64,000 nt of DNA from Laetmonice hystrix. Its lineage: Eukaryota. Below, piece after piece: positions 10,505 through 23,423 of the stretch. A program made the translations under genes and the position numbers. Position 1 is the first letter of the stretch. Every line of letters starts with the position of its first letter. Under the pieces are notes generated by a model. It saw only the letters and a list, made by a program, of their open reading frames with translations. It did not search any database and was not told the DNA's origin. Where the stretch lies: positions 25,918,001 through 25,982,000 of the forward strand of contig OZ249436.1 in assembly GCA_965235115.1 (NCBI GenBank), in the 5' to 3' direction.

Positions 10505-11171
10505 ACGTTGGCCCCACGTCGGTATATCGTCGGTACTATCGGCACCCTCTTTGTTGAAACCCGGTTGGAACACCCACGTTGGAATTTAGTCGGCACTGTC
10601 GCCACCTCTTTGTTGGAACCCGGTTGGAACACCCACGTTGGCCCAATGTTGGCATTTAGTCAGTACTGTTCACACCTTCTTTGTTGGAACCCCGTTGGAA
10701 CACCCAAGTTGGGCCAATGTTGGCCTTTAGTCAGTACTATCGCCACCCTCTTTGTTGGAACCCGGTTGGAACACCCACGTTGGCCCAATGTTGGCATTTA
10801 GTCAGTACTGTTCACACCTTCGTTGTTGGAGCCCCGTTGGAACACCCATGTTGGGCCAATGTTGGCATTTAGTCGGTACTATCGCCACCCTCTTTGTTGG
10901 AACCCGGTTGAAACATCCATGTTGGCCCAATGTTGGTATTTGCTCAGCACTGTCGCCAGCCTTAGAGTTCGGACCCAGCTGGAACACCCATGTTGGCCCA
11001 ACATTGGAATTTAGTCAACACTGTCGCCACCCTCTTTGTTGGAACCCAGTTGGAACACCCACGTTGGCCCAATGTTGGCATTAAGTCAGTACCTTTGCCA
11101 CCCTCTTTGTTGGAACCCAGTTGGAACACCAATGTTGACCCAACGTTGGAATTCTTCTCTACCTAGCAGGG
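10505..11171. repeat. 71-bp minisatellite (~9 units) built from GTTGG subrepeats
   Basis: Unit approximately acgttggcccaatgttggcatttagtcagtactatcgccaccctctttgttggaacccggttggaacaccc. Units 3/5 and 4/6 alternate as a 142-bp dimer. Confidence 0.92.
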
Positions 11172-11514
11172 GCTAGGTGGCGCTGTTATCAATGAGATTG
11201 ACTAAACAGTCTCAAATACAGTCCAGGTTAGCTTTTAGCGACTTTAAGTCATTCACACGTAATACAAGAACAGCTATTTATTGTGTAAAATTATGCTTTA
11301 TTTGTTCTTTGATTGGGAAAAGAACAAGATAGGGGCGTAGAGATTATATTTTGTTTTAAAAAAACCCAATACAGAGAAACACCAATTTGCATTTCCGATG
11401 GGAAACATCAATAGTGAGGACACGGTTTGGGTGTTACGCGTCAGTGCTTAAAGGAACACTCTTCTCCTGCTTATTGAGTTATCAGATGTTAACTTGATAG
11501 TACTAGAGCCCGTC

Positions 11515-11775
11515 CAGGGGTGGCATTTGGAGTCGACCGGTCGACCGAGGCGACAGAATTCGAGCTCGGGCGACTAGACATTCACAGAACACATGCCCGG
11601 TTGGCGAGTAGCATATTCTGGAGATAGGCCTGACTGGGATTAATTATTTGCAAAACAGACCCGGGCATCAGACGTTTCCATCATGTGGGCTAATAATTTT
11701 TCATCCGGGCTAGTTGATTTTTTTGCTTTACTAGCCCGGCTGTCTAGTTCCTAAAAACTTTAATTTCCACCCCTG
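11515..11775. mobile_element. MITE with CAGGG termini and 5-bp TSD (hAT5-like)
   Basis: TIR CAGGGGTGG/CCACCCCTG; TSD CCGTC at 11510-11514 and 11776-11780. Confidence 0.85.
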
Positions 11776-11847
11776 CCGTCTATACCATATTCATATTTTT
11801 AGGCTGCACTTGTAATTAATGATTATTAATAAAAAACGGGACTTAGT

Positions 11848-12001
11848 CAGGGCTCGAAAAAGATCTACTAGTTTTACTTGCCCGAACTTGACCTTCGGGC
11901 AAGTAGTAACTAAGACATACTACACAAACCTTAAATTTTACTTGCCCAGAGACATATTCTAGTCGTCCCAGACGATCGGACGTAGGTTTTTTCGAGCCCT
12001 G
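11848..12001. mobile_element. MITE with CAGGG termini and 5-bp TSD (hAT5-like)
   Basis: TIR CAGGGCTCGAAAAA/TTTTTCGAGCCCTG; TSD TTAGT at 11843-11847 and 12002-12006. Confidence 0.88.
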
Positions 12002-13945
12002 TTAGTAGTCTTTTCGCCATCTTGCAAAAAGGACATATGCTGACGCCTTGCGGAAATCTACAGAACTATAGCTGCCACCTGGCAAAATGCTGGTAGTGAC
12101 ATCATGAAGGGACAACAACTTTGGTAGGCCTAGGCCTACGGCGTAGATTGAAGGCGTAGACTAGCTAAACTTACCGCGAGTTTGGCCCACAACAAGGAGT
12201 ATTCCAGGACTTTGTGCGGCAGTGGGGTTGTAACAACCGAAACTGGGTTAAGAATTTGGATCAACAAAGGAGCTTTCATGCTTTCCCCTAAGTGGATTTG
12301 TTCCAACAGCGATCCACCTGCTGTGCTCAGACTATTCTACCCGCATAGTGTGAATGTCTCGATTTTTTTCTGTGACTAACTAAACTTGTCAGTCTTAAAC
12401 TTCTACCTAACTGATTAGGCCTAGACTCCGTTTCTGCTGTAACTAGAGTCGAGAGTGCAGTCTAGTGACTAGTCTAGACCCCGTAGATCTAATCTCATTC
12501 TAGTATTTCTACTGTCCAGTCACCAGTGCAGTGGCAGTGATTAGTAATGGCCCATTACGTCACAACAGGAACTCGCCCACTGAACTGTCACAGACCACCG
12601 TCCATTATAAGCCTATCGCCTGGCACACAGCGAGTCGAGAAAGTGATAAGTATAGTGAGTTAGGTTCCGTTTTTGGTGAGGAGACGGATGTTCTCAACTG
12701 AAAATTGATGAATGTTGACTTCCATTGGAAATATATAGGCCTACGGAGGCTATGGCAGGCTGCAGCCTGAATTTTTATCAGTGCGGGAGTGCAGCACTGA
12801 CACACGCAATGGCGACTCCAACAGTAAACTGAGTGACAGTGGGACAGTGCTTGTGTCGAGTCTTGAGCTCCCCTTGCTTATACTGGTTATAATCATTATA
12901 CGGAAGCCGTGTATCCTCTCATCTATAAAGTCAGTGCATGAAACCGATAAAAAATTTAACTGGCCCAGGTGGCCCTAAGCTTTATCCCGGCTATGTTTTG
13001 TTGCAGGTCGCAACACGCCAATTCGAAACCCCACGAAACAAAAAGGCAAAAGTAAAAACACTCCTAAACACGACAGCCTAGGCCTACGTACCGGATTAAA
13101 ACTCCACACTAGTAAACAAATACCCTTGCTTAATATCTAGTAAATTTTATTCAAATTGTCCGAAACATATAAATGTTTCTGTATAGATCTAGGCCTCGGC
13201 TTTCCTAGACCCCTCTCCGATGTAGGCCTAGCGAAAGCCACGCTATGCACGGCCTGGCTACTGACGGCCAACCGGGCTGCAGTGCCGGTAGGCTGACGCT
13301 CTGTCAAAGCTTTGCGTTCAATCACATAGGCGGGGCGGGACAGCATCATTTTCTTCTTCTTTTTTAATATTTACTGAAATTACTCTTCAAAAACCTCCAT
13401 GTCAGTGCTGCCCACATTTCTCTAGACTAGTCCGAGTGATGACGTGCTTCCACTGTCAACTAGTCTAGACTCGAGTAAGTCGAGTACTAACACTACCAGT
13501 CAGATTCAGGTAGCCTAAGGATAGGCCAGCTTCGGACTGTGCACTTGCTTGGGCAAAAGTTACAGAATAATTCCACCCTAAGACCTAAGTTTTTCCGAAG
13601 CCTGTGGCAGCTTGTTTATCATTATAGCTGACTTTCAGTTTTACCAGAAGAAAATAGATTATTCACAAGCACGCGTCAAATCTGCTTTGCTGTGGCGGAC
13701 ATTTGCCTCTCTACGCCTAGGCCTAGCCCGACGTGTTCCTGGTGTGACGTCACAACTCTCGTTTCTAGGCATCCCCAGCCAGAACTGGCACAAGTAGGCC
13801 CTCTATTATACAGTGGTCTGACACAAATAACAATGCAGTCCACAGATACGAGCGTTTGGATAATGATTTTTGAAACATAAATCTTTGACATAGTAACAAC
13901 AAGGAGAGTTTTAAAGAAATCACTGAGGCTACGCTTTAAAATACC

Positions 13946-14540
13946 AATGACGTCATAGGGCAACGTAGGGTCACGTGACCTAATTAAAAATGGTGTCATT
14001 TGAAAGGCCATATATGACTTCCTATGGGTCTTCATTAGTACGTATGGGCCTATCTGGCTCTTTTTCCAAGTTACTGCCAGCTGAAAACACTGATGACGTC
14101 ATACAGCCATATATGGTCACGTGACCTAATTAAAAATGGTGTCATTTGAAAGGCCATATATGACTTCCTATCTGTCTACAATAGTAACTATGGGCCTATC
14201 TGGCTCTGTTTCCAAGTTATTGCTAATTGAAAATACCGATGACGTCATAGAGTCACGTAGGGTCACGTGACCTAATTAAAACTTGTGTCATTTTAAAGGC
14301 CATAATGACTTCCTATCTGTCTTCAAGAGTAGCTATGGGCCTATCTGGCTCTATTTCCAAGTTACTGCTAATTGAAAATACCGATGACGTCATAGAGTCA
14401 CATAGGGTCACGTGACCTAATTAAAAATGGTGTCATTTTAAAGGCCATATAATGACTCCTATCTGTCTTCAATAGTAACTATGGGCCTATCTGGCTCTAT
14501 TGCCAAGTTACTGCAAGCTGAAAATACCGATGACGATAAG
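13946..14540. repeat. Four ~146-bp tandem core repeats (HINE-like core family)
   Basis: gacttcctat-like motif recurs near 14016, 14162, 14307 and 14454. Each unit has TGACGTCA and GGTCACGTGACC. Confidence 0.9.
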
Positions 14541-15585
14541 GTATGTATGTATGTGGGTAGGGGTGTGTGTGTGTGTGTGTGTGTGCGATGTGCCAGCTGC
14601 GGTAAAGGAGTTGGTGGTTGTTGGTGGAGCGTGGAAGTGTTATGTGACTCAGTCAGGTGGCCAGGAGTATGGCGGGGGTTGCCGGGCACTGAGAACACTG
14701 AACGACCCCGCCGGTCCGTGTAGGGGTTTGGCGGAGAGTTACCACGAGAAGGATGCCTGACTGGGGGTTGGCGGGGGTTGCCAGGGACAACGGCTGAGGC
14801 CGTGGGAGCGGGCCCGCTGCTTGGGAGTTGTTTACGCGACCGTGTGCTGTGTGGCTGTGTGTCGGAAAGATAGTCCACTTCTAGGCCCTATAAGTCGGAA
14901 ACTATTAACTGTAGAGAAAAATACTTATGTAGCGGTTGTAGGCAAAGACCTGGAGATTCTTCTCCCCCAAGTTTTATAAAGATACGGTAAGGGGTTTGAG
15001 AGATATAAAAGGCTTCTCTAAGGTTGGCACGGTACTGAGGTCAAAGGTCATGAAGTGCTAAAAATAGCAAAATCCCGAAAAAATATCCACAGTTGTCTTT
15101 TCCCCAAATTAGGACTTTCTAGCCCCGGTAGCTTTTGGGCTGAAAATGTTGAAGGTCACACAGAGGTCATCTGGGGTCACACGAACGTGTCCTCCGGGAA
15201 ATCTAAATTTGGCACATAGATGACCCTGCTGACCAAATTTGATGTTATTCCAGCCAGTATTTTCCGAGTTATGGCTTTGGCAAAAAAATGGCACGTGCCA
15301 TTTTTTTAGATCAGCCGCCATCTTGAAAGTTCTAGGTCAACCAAACTGGTTTTTCGAACTTGTCCAAGCCCCGGATGAAAGAAGGCCGACATACCAATTT
15401 TGGATCGATTCAGGCTATTTTTCTCGCGTTATCGTAATCACAGCACAAATTGGCACATTCGTGCCATGGAAGAGGTCAAAGGTCAAATGGCACTATAATT
15501 AGAAACAAAGATTTTTCAGAAGGTTCTGTCGGGGCATTTCAAATTTGATAACTCCCTCTCTAACAGTGGCCGAGTTATTCCAAAA

Positions 15586-15631
15586 AGAAGGAAATAAAAG
15601 AAAGAAATAAAAGAAAGAAAGAAAGAAATAA

Positions 15632-15662
<31 letters not shown>

Positions 15663-15776
15663 GAGGGAGGGAGGGAGGGAGGGAGGGAGGGAGGGAGGGA
15701 GGGAGGGAGGGAGGGAGGGAGGGAGGGAGGGAGGAAGGAAGGAAGGAAGGAAGGAAGGAAGGAAGGAAGGAAGAAA
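15586..15776. repeat. Polypurine compound microsatellite (AAAG)n-(GGGA)n-(GGAA)n
   Basis: Directly visible. Confidence 0.95.
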
Positions 15777-16496
15777 GACCATGTCACACCATTATTTTGT
15801 TGAGGTAACATGACCTATGATATATTACGATCTATACAGCATTTTCTCAGCGCTATTACATGAAAAATGTTAAAGCGATCCGAAACCGCCACTAGCAATA
15901 GGGCCCATGGATAACCATGGTATAGTGCCTTTTACCTGCCACCATCTAATTCCCACAAAGTCTGTGTGTTAAAAGTAATCCCCGATAGAAACTGACAGTT
16001 GCCCATTGGCTCACTGCGTCCATCTTGCCAAAATTCACTGCCGTGAGACCTTAAAAAATGGCGTCCCTAGAGCCTACCCCATTCCCCCATCACTGTGTTG
16101 GTCAACCATCTTCACGGACACTATGTACAATAATGGTTACTGGTGAACTCGGACCATGGTTATCTCGGCCTGTCGATTACATGACTTCATGTCCCATGCG
16201 TGCCCTGTCCCAGGCTCCATGCCTCACCCGACACCCGAGTCAGGTGGTCAAGAGTCTCAAGTCAACAACGGGCAGCACTCCCTTGCTCCCGGCGGGCGTG
16301 CACTGGTGGTTGGACGGGGCCAGACATGCCAATTTGGTCGATCGACAACGTAGTGAAAAATCTCTTACCGGGCGCTTAAACGAACAGAAATTCGTCGCAA
16401 TACCCTCCAACGCATGAAATGGTGGCTGAAAGCTATTATTTATACGGAGAATTGTCAACTAGAGAATGAAATGTACACTGGTTGGGTCATGGATGG

Positions 16497-17040
16497 TGTA
16501 AGATTTGACTCTAGGGGAGAGTTGTGTTTTGTGGAGCCCTCTGGTGAGAGAGGCAGTAGGCAGTTGAGTGGAGCCCTCTGGGGAGAGGATCGAGGAGGAA
16601 GAAAGCAACGGGAAGCGAGACTGGCGTGGGTTTGCCCTCGACGCGTTGGGTTTTACCCTATAAAGACAATTCTAACCATAGGAACCCAGTGAAGTGAGTT
16701 TTCTCGGTCATACTAGTTCTGTTAATGTCCCTTTGGGTACTTATAAGTTATTCGCTTGTCTTCTTTGATCCATAAAACCTCCGAAATATCTCCGTAATTG
16801 TGTAAGGACCCTATTATCGCCCCCACGTGTTTTCGGGGCTGCTTTCGTGGCTTCTGTTTAACAAGCATGGGAAAAGGTCTATTATTAAGTATATTTATTG
16901 GTTTATTTTACAGCTTGAACCGTGCGTTCTGTACCGTGCTGTGTTGTGTCTCGGTTTGCTGGGTAGCACTATGGAAAATAAATGAAGATATCAAGTCATA
17001 CCAAGAACCAGTTATTCTTCCCTCGAAACCGTTGCTTACA
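16497..17040 (+). repeat. 5' LTR of BEL/Pao 1
   Basis: Direct repeat of 22880-23423; 3 substitutions seen by eye. Confidence 0.95.
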
Positions 17041-17091
17041 TTCGAGTTCAAGTTCATTGATGAGGATACTACGCTAAAGTTGAGCGAGGAA

Positions 17092-20000
17092 ATGACTGAT
17101 AAAACCCCTGATGAGGCTAAGGCCATGCCAGAAGGCACGCCTACTAAGCAAGCCAGTAAAGCTACAGGACCATCTGATATGTCACACTTACATGATTCAA
17201 TACATGAAAGGGAAGCCGAGATTAATGCACTGCAAGCCAAGGAAGAGACAATGCTGAGGGAATGGAAGCTGAAGCGGCAGAGGATAGGACTGCAGAGCAA
17301 ACTTGAGAGCGAGAGTTTGAAGTTTGAGATACACTTGCGACAGGAACAGGAGGAGCATCGCATAGAAATGGAGCGGTTGAGCCAGGAGCTGGAGATGTTA
17401 AACCAGCTGTCTGGGCCTGAGCGAAAGGTCGCGAGAGAGGTCCCCACATCATCAACTCCTATGTCTATACGCAAGAGCTCCCAAGGGGGCCGGCCGGCAA
17501 GTCCGGAAGCATCACGTCAAGAACACGTTACGTCGCATCAGTCATGGGAACCGTCAGCCATAACACAACAGTCAGGGGAGGTTTCGCAGCTACTCTGTGA
17601 GGTGCTAAATGCGACACAACGTCAGCATCAGTCTCTGGTGGAGAGTTTGCAGCTGCCGAGAGGTGATCTTGCAACGTTTGATGGGGATCCTCTCCACTAT
17701 TGGTCTTTTATTAGACGGTTTGAGAATACAGTGGAGAAAGGAACAGTAACTGATGCAACAAAGCTAAACACGTTACTCCAATACTGCACAGGTAAAGCTC
17801 AAAAACTACTAGAGTGCTGTGAGGTGCAGGGGCCAGCTGAGGGATATCGACTGGCCAGACAACTGTTGAAGGAACGGTTTGGGAATGAGAGCCAAATAGC
17901 ACAAGCATGGATTGACAAAATCGTGGGCCATCCACCACTGAAGGGAAACAGTGGATTGCAGGAGTACGCAGATAGCCTACGCTGCTGTAAGGAAACGTTG
18001 AATGCCATGGGATATTTACAGGAGTTAGGAAGCGCTCAAACACTACGCACCATACTTGAAAAGCTACCACCACGTCTAAGGACACGATGGCTCTCACGGA
18101 ATGAGGAGATAAAGAAGCAGAGGCGACCACAGTTCGAGGATGTGGTTGGGTTCGTTGAGCAGGCAGCCAGGGAGGTGTCTGATCCCGTGTTTGGTTCACT
18201 AATGGAGCCTGACAGGAAACCCATGGAGAAGATAAGGCAACCCACAAAATCCAGCTATACTGTACAAACAAACGATGTACCCAATAACCCGTCTCAGTCA
18301 TCCGCATCAGGGCAGAGTGCAGATAGAGGCCAGTGTTGGTGTTGTGATGGGCTACACGGTGTCATCTGGTGTCCCAGGTTCAAGGCCATGAGGATCATGG
18401 AGAGGATCAGTATCGTCCGAGCCCAGGGACGGTGCATGAACTGTTTTGGCATGGGGCATTTTGGGAGAGACTGCCCTCGGAACTTTGTGTGCGGCATTGA
18501 GGGTTGTCGCATGAAACACAGTCGGTTTCTGCACATACGCAGGAGACCCAGTGGGTCGGAGGTGGAAGCCTGGCCAGGAGGGCCGGCTGGCACTCCTTTT
18601 GGCACTATGCAGAATACGACACATACACCTAGGATACAAGGCTACCAGGTTACACAACCAAACCAAGGGGAAAACTGCAATCTTGCTCGCTTTGGTAGCA
18701 GTAGGGTTGCTCTACCTATCGTACCTGTGACGGTCCGTTCACCATGTGCGAACCTGCAAATGAACACATACGCATTGTTGGATCAAGGAAGCACTGCAAC
18801 ATTCTGCAGCGAGGAGCTCGCAAGTTACCTTAAAGCACCACGGAAGACCCAAGAGCTGAAGTTGACAACCCTGGGTAGCGAGGAGACCATCACAACAAGC
18901 CGAGTGCACCTTCACGCAATCACACTGGATAATACCACATGCATTGACCTACCAAATGTGTACACTCGTCCCAAAATAAGCATAGGACTTGCAGGCCTCG
19001 TTAGTGACGTGGAACTCAAGGCATGGAAGCACTTTGAGGGAGTGCACATTCCTGAAATTGACTGTACTGACGTTCACTTAATAATTGGCAATGATGTGCC
19101 ACAGGCTCTTGTACCAATGGAAGTTCGCGCTGGTAATGCCGGGGAACCATACGCAGTCCGAACGGTGTGTGGGTGGACCATAAATGGACCTCTGGGTGGA
19201 GCCAACCTGCCATCAGTAACATCCTACTACATAGACACAGGCAGTCAGTTAAACCAGCAAGTGCGCAAATTCTGGGAGTTGGAGGACATAGGCCGACTCA
19301 CTCCACCAATGACAGTGGCCGATAGGAAGGTCATAAAGGAGTGGGACAGTGCAACAGAAATAATAGATGGCCATTACACGCTACCAATACCTTTCAAGGT
19401 TAGACCACCACATCTGCCAGATAACTTGCCGATGGCAGAGCAACGTCTGCAGGCGCTAGGAAAGCGTCTCAGTCATGATCCAGGGCTGAAGGCCTTGTAT
19501 CAGTCAGAAATGCAGGAGATGTTTGACGCCGGGTACGCGGAAGTTAGTGGATGGGGATATCTCTCATAGGGACGGATATGTGAATTACATCCCACACCAT
19601 GCGGTGACGCATCCACGAAAGCCGGGGAAGCTGCGCGTGGTCTATGACTGCGCTGCCAGATACGGCGGTGTGAGGTTGAACGACGTCGTATACCAGGGAC
19701 CAGACTTAACGAATAATTTGTTTGGTGTGCTGCAAAGATTCCGACAGGAGCCAATCGCCTTTGTAGCTGACATTCATGCGATGTTCAACCGGGTAAAGGT
19801 GAGGAAAGACGATCGAGATGCCCTGAGGTTTCTGTGGTGGGAGAATGGTGATCCCACTGCACGGACAAAGACCTGCAGGATGACCACTCACATTTTTGGA
19901 GGGGTGTGGTCGCCAAGTGCTGCGAACTATGCACTGAGGAGGTGTGCAACTGACAATGAGGAAGTTTCAAAGGATGCCACTGGTACGATATTGAACAATT

Positions 20001-22539
20001 TTTACGTAGATGATTGTTTAAAGTCGCTAGCAACAGTGGAGGAAGCGCGTCAACTGGCACGAGATCTTCGGGTTGTACTTGCCAGGGGTGGTTTCCACTT
20101 AGGAAAGTGGTGTAGCAACTCGCGCGAATTCTTGAAGGAGATCCCGGCTGACGACCAAGTTCGGGAACTTAAGGAAATCAACTTGGAGCAGGAAGTTCTC
20201 CCGAGTGGGAGAACATTGGGAGTTCTGTGGAAAATGGAGGAGGATACCTTTGGATACGAGGTGAAGGTCCCGGACCGGCCTGCTACACGGAGAGGATTGT
20301 TGAGTGCGTTGTCCTCTGTGTACGACCCGTTAGGGTTCATCAGTCCTGTGATTCTCCAGGCGAAAATTCTGTTTCAAGAAGCCTGCCGACAGTCCCTGGG
20401 GTGGGACGATCCCTTGCCGGATGAATTGGCTCAGCAATGGTTCACCTGGCTGGAAACCATACCGCATGTGAGTGAAATTGACATTCCTCGGTGCCTTAAG
20501 CCTGCACGGCCACTTGGGGCAGCACAGTTACACCATTTCGCAGATGGATCAAGTAGAGCGTACGGAGCAGTGACATACCTCCGGGCAGTGGATGAATGGG
20601 GAGTACCCCACGTGAACCTCGTGGCCTCCAAGGCCAAACTAACCCCACTCAAGACACAAACCATTCCCAGGATTGAGCTGATGGCGGCGGTAGAAGCTGT
20701 CAAATTGGATAACAAAATAAGAGGAGAGCTGGAAATAGCGCTTGGTGAGTCAGTATTCTGGACGGATTCTACAATAGTGTTATGGTACCTGGCACATGAA
20801 GAAAAACGCTTCCAAACCTTCGTGGCAAATCGAGTGTCACTCATATTGGAATCTACCAAACCATCCCAGTGGAGACATGTCGGGTCATGTGATAATCCCG
20901 TGGACGACTGCTCTCGCGGGCTGAGTGCGACTGGCTTGCACTCATCAGACCGGTGGTTTAGGGGACCACAATTCCTGCTTGGTGAGGAAGGCGGTTGGCC
21001 TACATCTCCTATACACCAGAACACAGCTCCTGTTGAAGCGGAGGTAAAAAGGAGCCTCCAAGTGTTTGTCATGGAGGACAAACCTGTTGCCACAGTGAAC
21101 ACTTTGTTGGAAAAATACTCCTCTTGGCACCAGTTGTGTAAAGCCGTTGCTTGGCGGCGGCGTTATTTCTGCTATTTAAAGCATCCCCGTACCTCACTCG
21201 ACACTGAACGTCGACCATTGGAACCAGCTGATCTCCGTGGAGCAGAGGAGGCCATAGTCCGGTGTGCACAGCACCGGGATCTGGATGACAAGATACTTAA
21301 ATCTCATCGATACGCTAGACTGTCCCCCAAGGTAACAGCCAATGGAGTCCTATGTGTTGGCGGTCGACTAGGTGAAGCCGACATCTCAACCGACGCTAAA
21401 CATCCATGGATAATACCAAGGAAACACCATGTTGCTAAGCTCATTGTCAACCATTATCATGTCGGCCTAGGACATGTAGGCGTGGAACGGGTGCTTGCTG
21501 AGGCGAGGCAGCGTTACTGGCTAGTGGGAGGACGGTCCATAGTGAGATCCATAGTAGGTCAGTGCGTTCCTTGCAGGCGCTCACGAGCAGCGGCCATGAA
21601 GCAAGAAATGGCAAAACTACCCCCTAACCGAGTTGCCATAGGAGAATCACCATTCAGCCATGTTGGGGTTGACTATTTTGGGCCGATTCTGATCAAGCGT
21701 GGACGGGTAGAACAGAAACGGTATGGATGCCTATTCACGTGCCTTGTGACACGTGCTATCCATCTGGAAGTGGCACCTTCTCTTGAAACAGATGCGTTCA
21801 TAAATGCACTCCAGCGATTCATATCACGTCGAGGAAGTCCACATATCATCCGTTCGGACAACGGGACAAATTTTGTTGGGGCGAAAGGAGAGCTTACAAA
21901 GGCACTCAAAGAGTGGGACCAGTCAAAAATTTCGGAAACTCTCCTCAAAGGCCACATCAAGTGGATCTTCAACCCTCCTGGTGCCTCCCACATGGGGGGC
22001 GTGTGGGAACGTCAAATTCGTTCTGTCCGAGCCATTCTCCAGGGTCTCACGCATCAGCAAAGGCTGGACGACGATGGACTACACACCTTGTTCTGCCTTG
22101 TGGAAAATATTCTAAATGGCAGGCCTGTTACCAAACCCTAAGGACGGAGGACCCTAACCCTTTGACCCCAAACCATTTGCTTCTACTGCAGTCCAAACCG
22201 TTGGTACCCCCCTGTGTGGCGGTCAGTCAGGACCTGTACAGACTTCGCTGGCGTCAGATCCAATACCTGGCGGACATTTTCTGGTCACGCTGGACAAAAG
22301 AGTATATGCCTTTACTTCAGGAACGACAGAAGTGGCAACAGCCGGAAAGGAACCTTCGTGTAGGGGACCTTGTTCTGGTTAAACAGGAGACTTGTAACCG
22401 TAACCAGTGGCCTTTGGGTCTAGTGATGCAGGTCTATCCTGGGAGTGACGACAGGGTACGTTCAGCCCAGATAAGGATGAGGGGCAATTTATATGACAGA
22501 CCTGTTACAAAGCTTTGCTTACTGGAGGCAGCTGAGTAA
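17092..22539 (+). pseudogene. BEL/Pao 1 gag-pol polyprotein with two frameshifts (~19545, ~22135)
   Basis: Gag motif LPRGDLATFDGDPLHYWSF. Zn knuckles CWCC..H..C, CMNC..H..C and CGIEGC..H..H. Protease ALLDQGS. RT YIPHH, ADIHAMF and FYVDD. RNase H HFADGS. Integrase GVDYFGP, SDNGTNF and WERQIR. Tail PLTPNHLL..YDRPVTKLCLL. Confidence 0.95.
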
Positions 22540-22879
22540 GTTTGCTCAGTATGTGCATTCATGTATGGTCAATGTCCTATGGAGATTATGTATGCCCGAG
22601 AGGCAGGTGTGTGGTTATTGATATCGTTATAACTTTGAATGCATACCTGAGTGTAGTTTGCTAGTTTGCCTATTATTGTACCATGGAGCTGTTTCACACC
22701 GAGGTTAATGCAACTTCAGGTCACTGAACCTGTGGAAATTCATCCTGAACATTTGACTTGTATTCCAGTGGAACATTATATGACTTTACCTGTGGAGTTG
22801 CAGAACTGTATTTGTCGTGCAGTTTGGTTCAGTTTATTTTGTTAGAAATGCCCCTTATAGTGGCATTTGGGGGCCGGGA

Positions 22880-23423
22880 TGTAAGATTTGACTCTAGGGG
22901 AGAGTTGTGTTTTGTGGAGCCCTCTGGTGAGAGAGGCAGTAGGCAGTTGAGTGGAGCCCTCTGGGGAGAGGATCGAGGAGGAAGAAAGCAACGGGAAGCG
23001 AGACTGGCGTGGGTTTGCCCTCGACGCGTTGGGTTTTACCCTATAAAGACAATTCTAACCATAGGAACCCAGTGAAGTTAGTTTTCTCGGTCATACTAGT
23101 TCTGTTAATGTCCCTTTGGGTACTTATAAGTTATTCGCTTGTCTTCTTTGATCCATAAAACCTCTGAAATATCTCCGTAATTGTGTAAGGACCCTATTAT
23201 CGCCCCCACGTGTTTTCGGGGCTGCTTTCGTGGCTTCTGTTTAACAAGCATGGGAAAAGGTCTATTATTAAGTATATTTATTGGTTTATTTTACAGCTTG
23301 AACCGTGCGTTCTGTACCGTGCTGTGTCGTGTCTCGGTTTGCTGGGTAGCACTATGGAAAATAAATGAAGATATCAAGTCATACCAAGAACCAGTTATTC
23401 TTCCCTCGAAACCGTTGCTTACA
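22880..23423 (+). repeat. 3' LTR of BEL/Pao 1
   Basis: Follows ttgggggccggga (PPT); direct repeat of 16497-17040. Confidence 0.95.

Larger units (their letters stand above)
16497..23423 (+). mobile_element. BEL/Pao LTR retrotransposon 1
   Basis: 544-bp LTRs TGTAAG..CTTACA. G-rich PPT before the 3' LTR. Domain order gag-PR-RT-RH-INT with a triple Zn knuckle. Confidence 0.96.

Noticed and set aside
10505..11150. CRISPR-like or RT-associated array next to a reverse transcriptase element
   Set aside because: Units are homologous over their whole length with no unique spacers, there are no cas genes, and the array lies outside the DIRS ends on both sides.
12100..13880. Possible host promoter or first exon (donor-like gtaagt at 12170-12175 on the minus strand)
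   Set aside because: No recognisable ORF or consistent exon structure; cannot be supported without transcript data.
16798..17091. Hydrophobic N-terminal extension of the 923-aa ORF
   Set aside because: It starts at a TTG inside the LTR and is repeated in the 3' LTR; gag more plausibly starts at ATG 17092.
19540..19570. Programmed gag-pol frameshift in BEL/Pao 1
   Set aside because: The break falls after the protease at the start of RT, with no slippery heptamer; BEL/Pao elements usually have one ORF, so a mutation or error is more likely.
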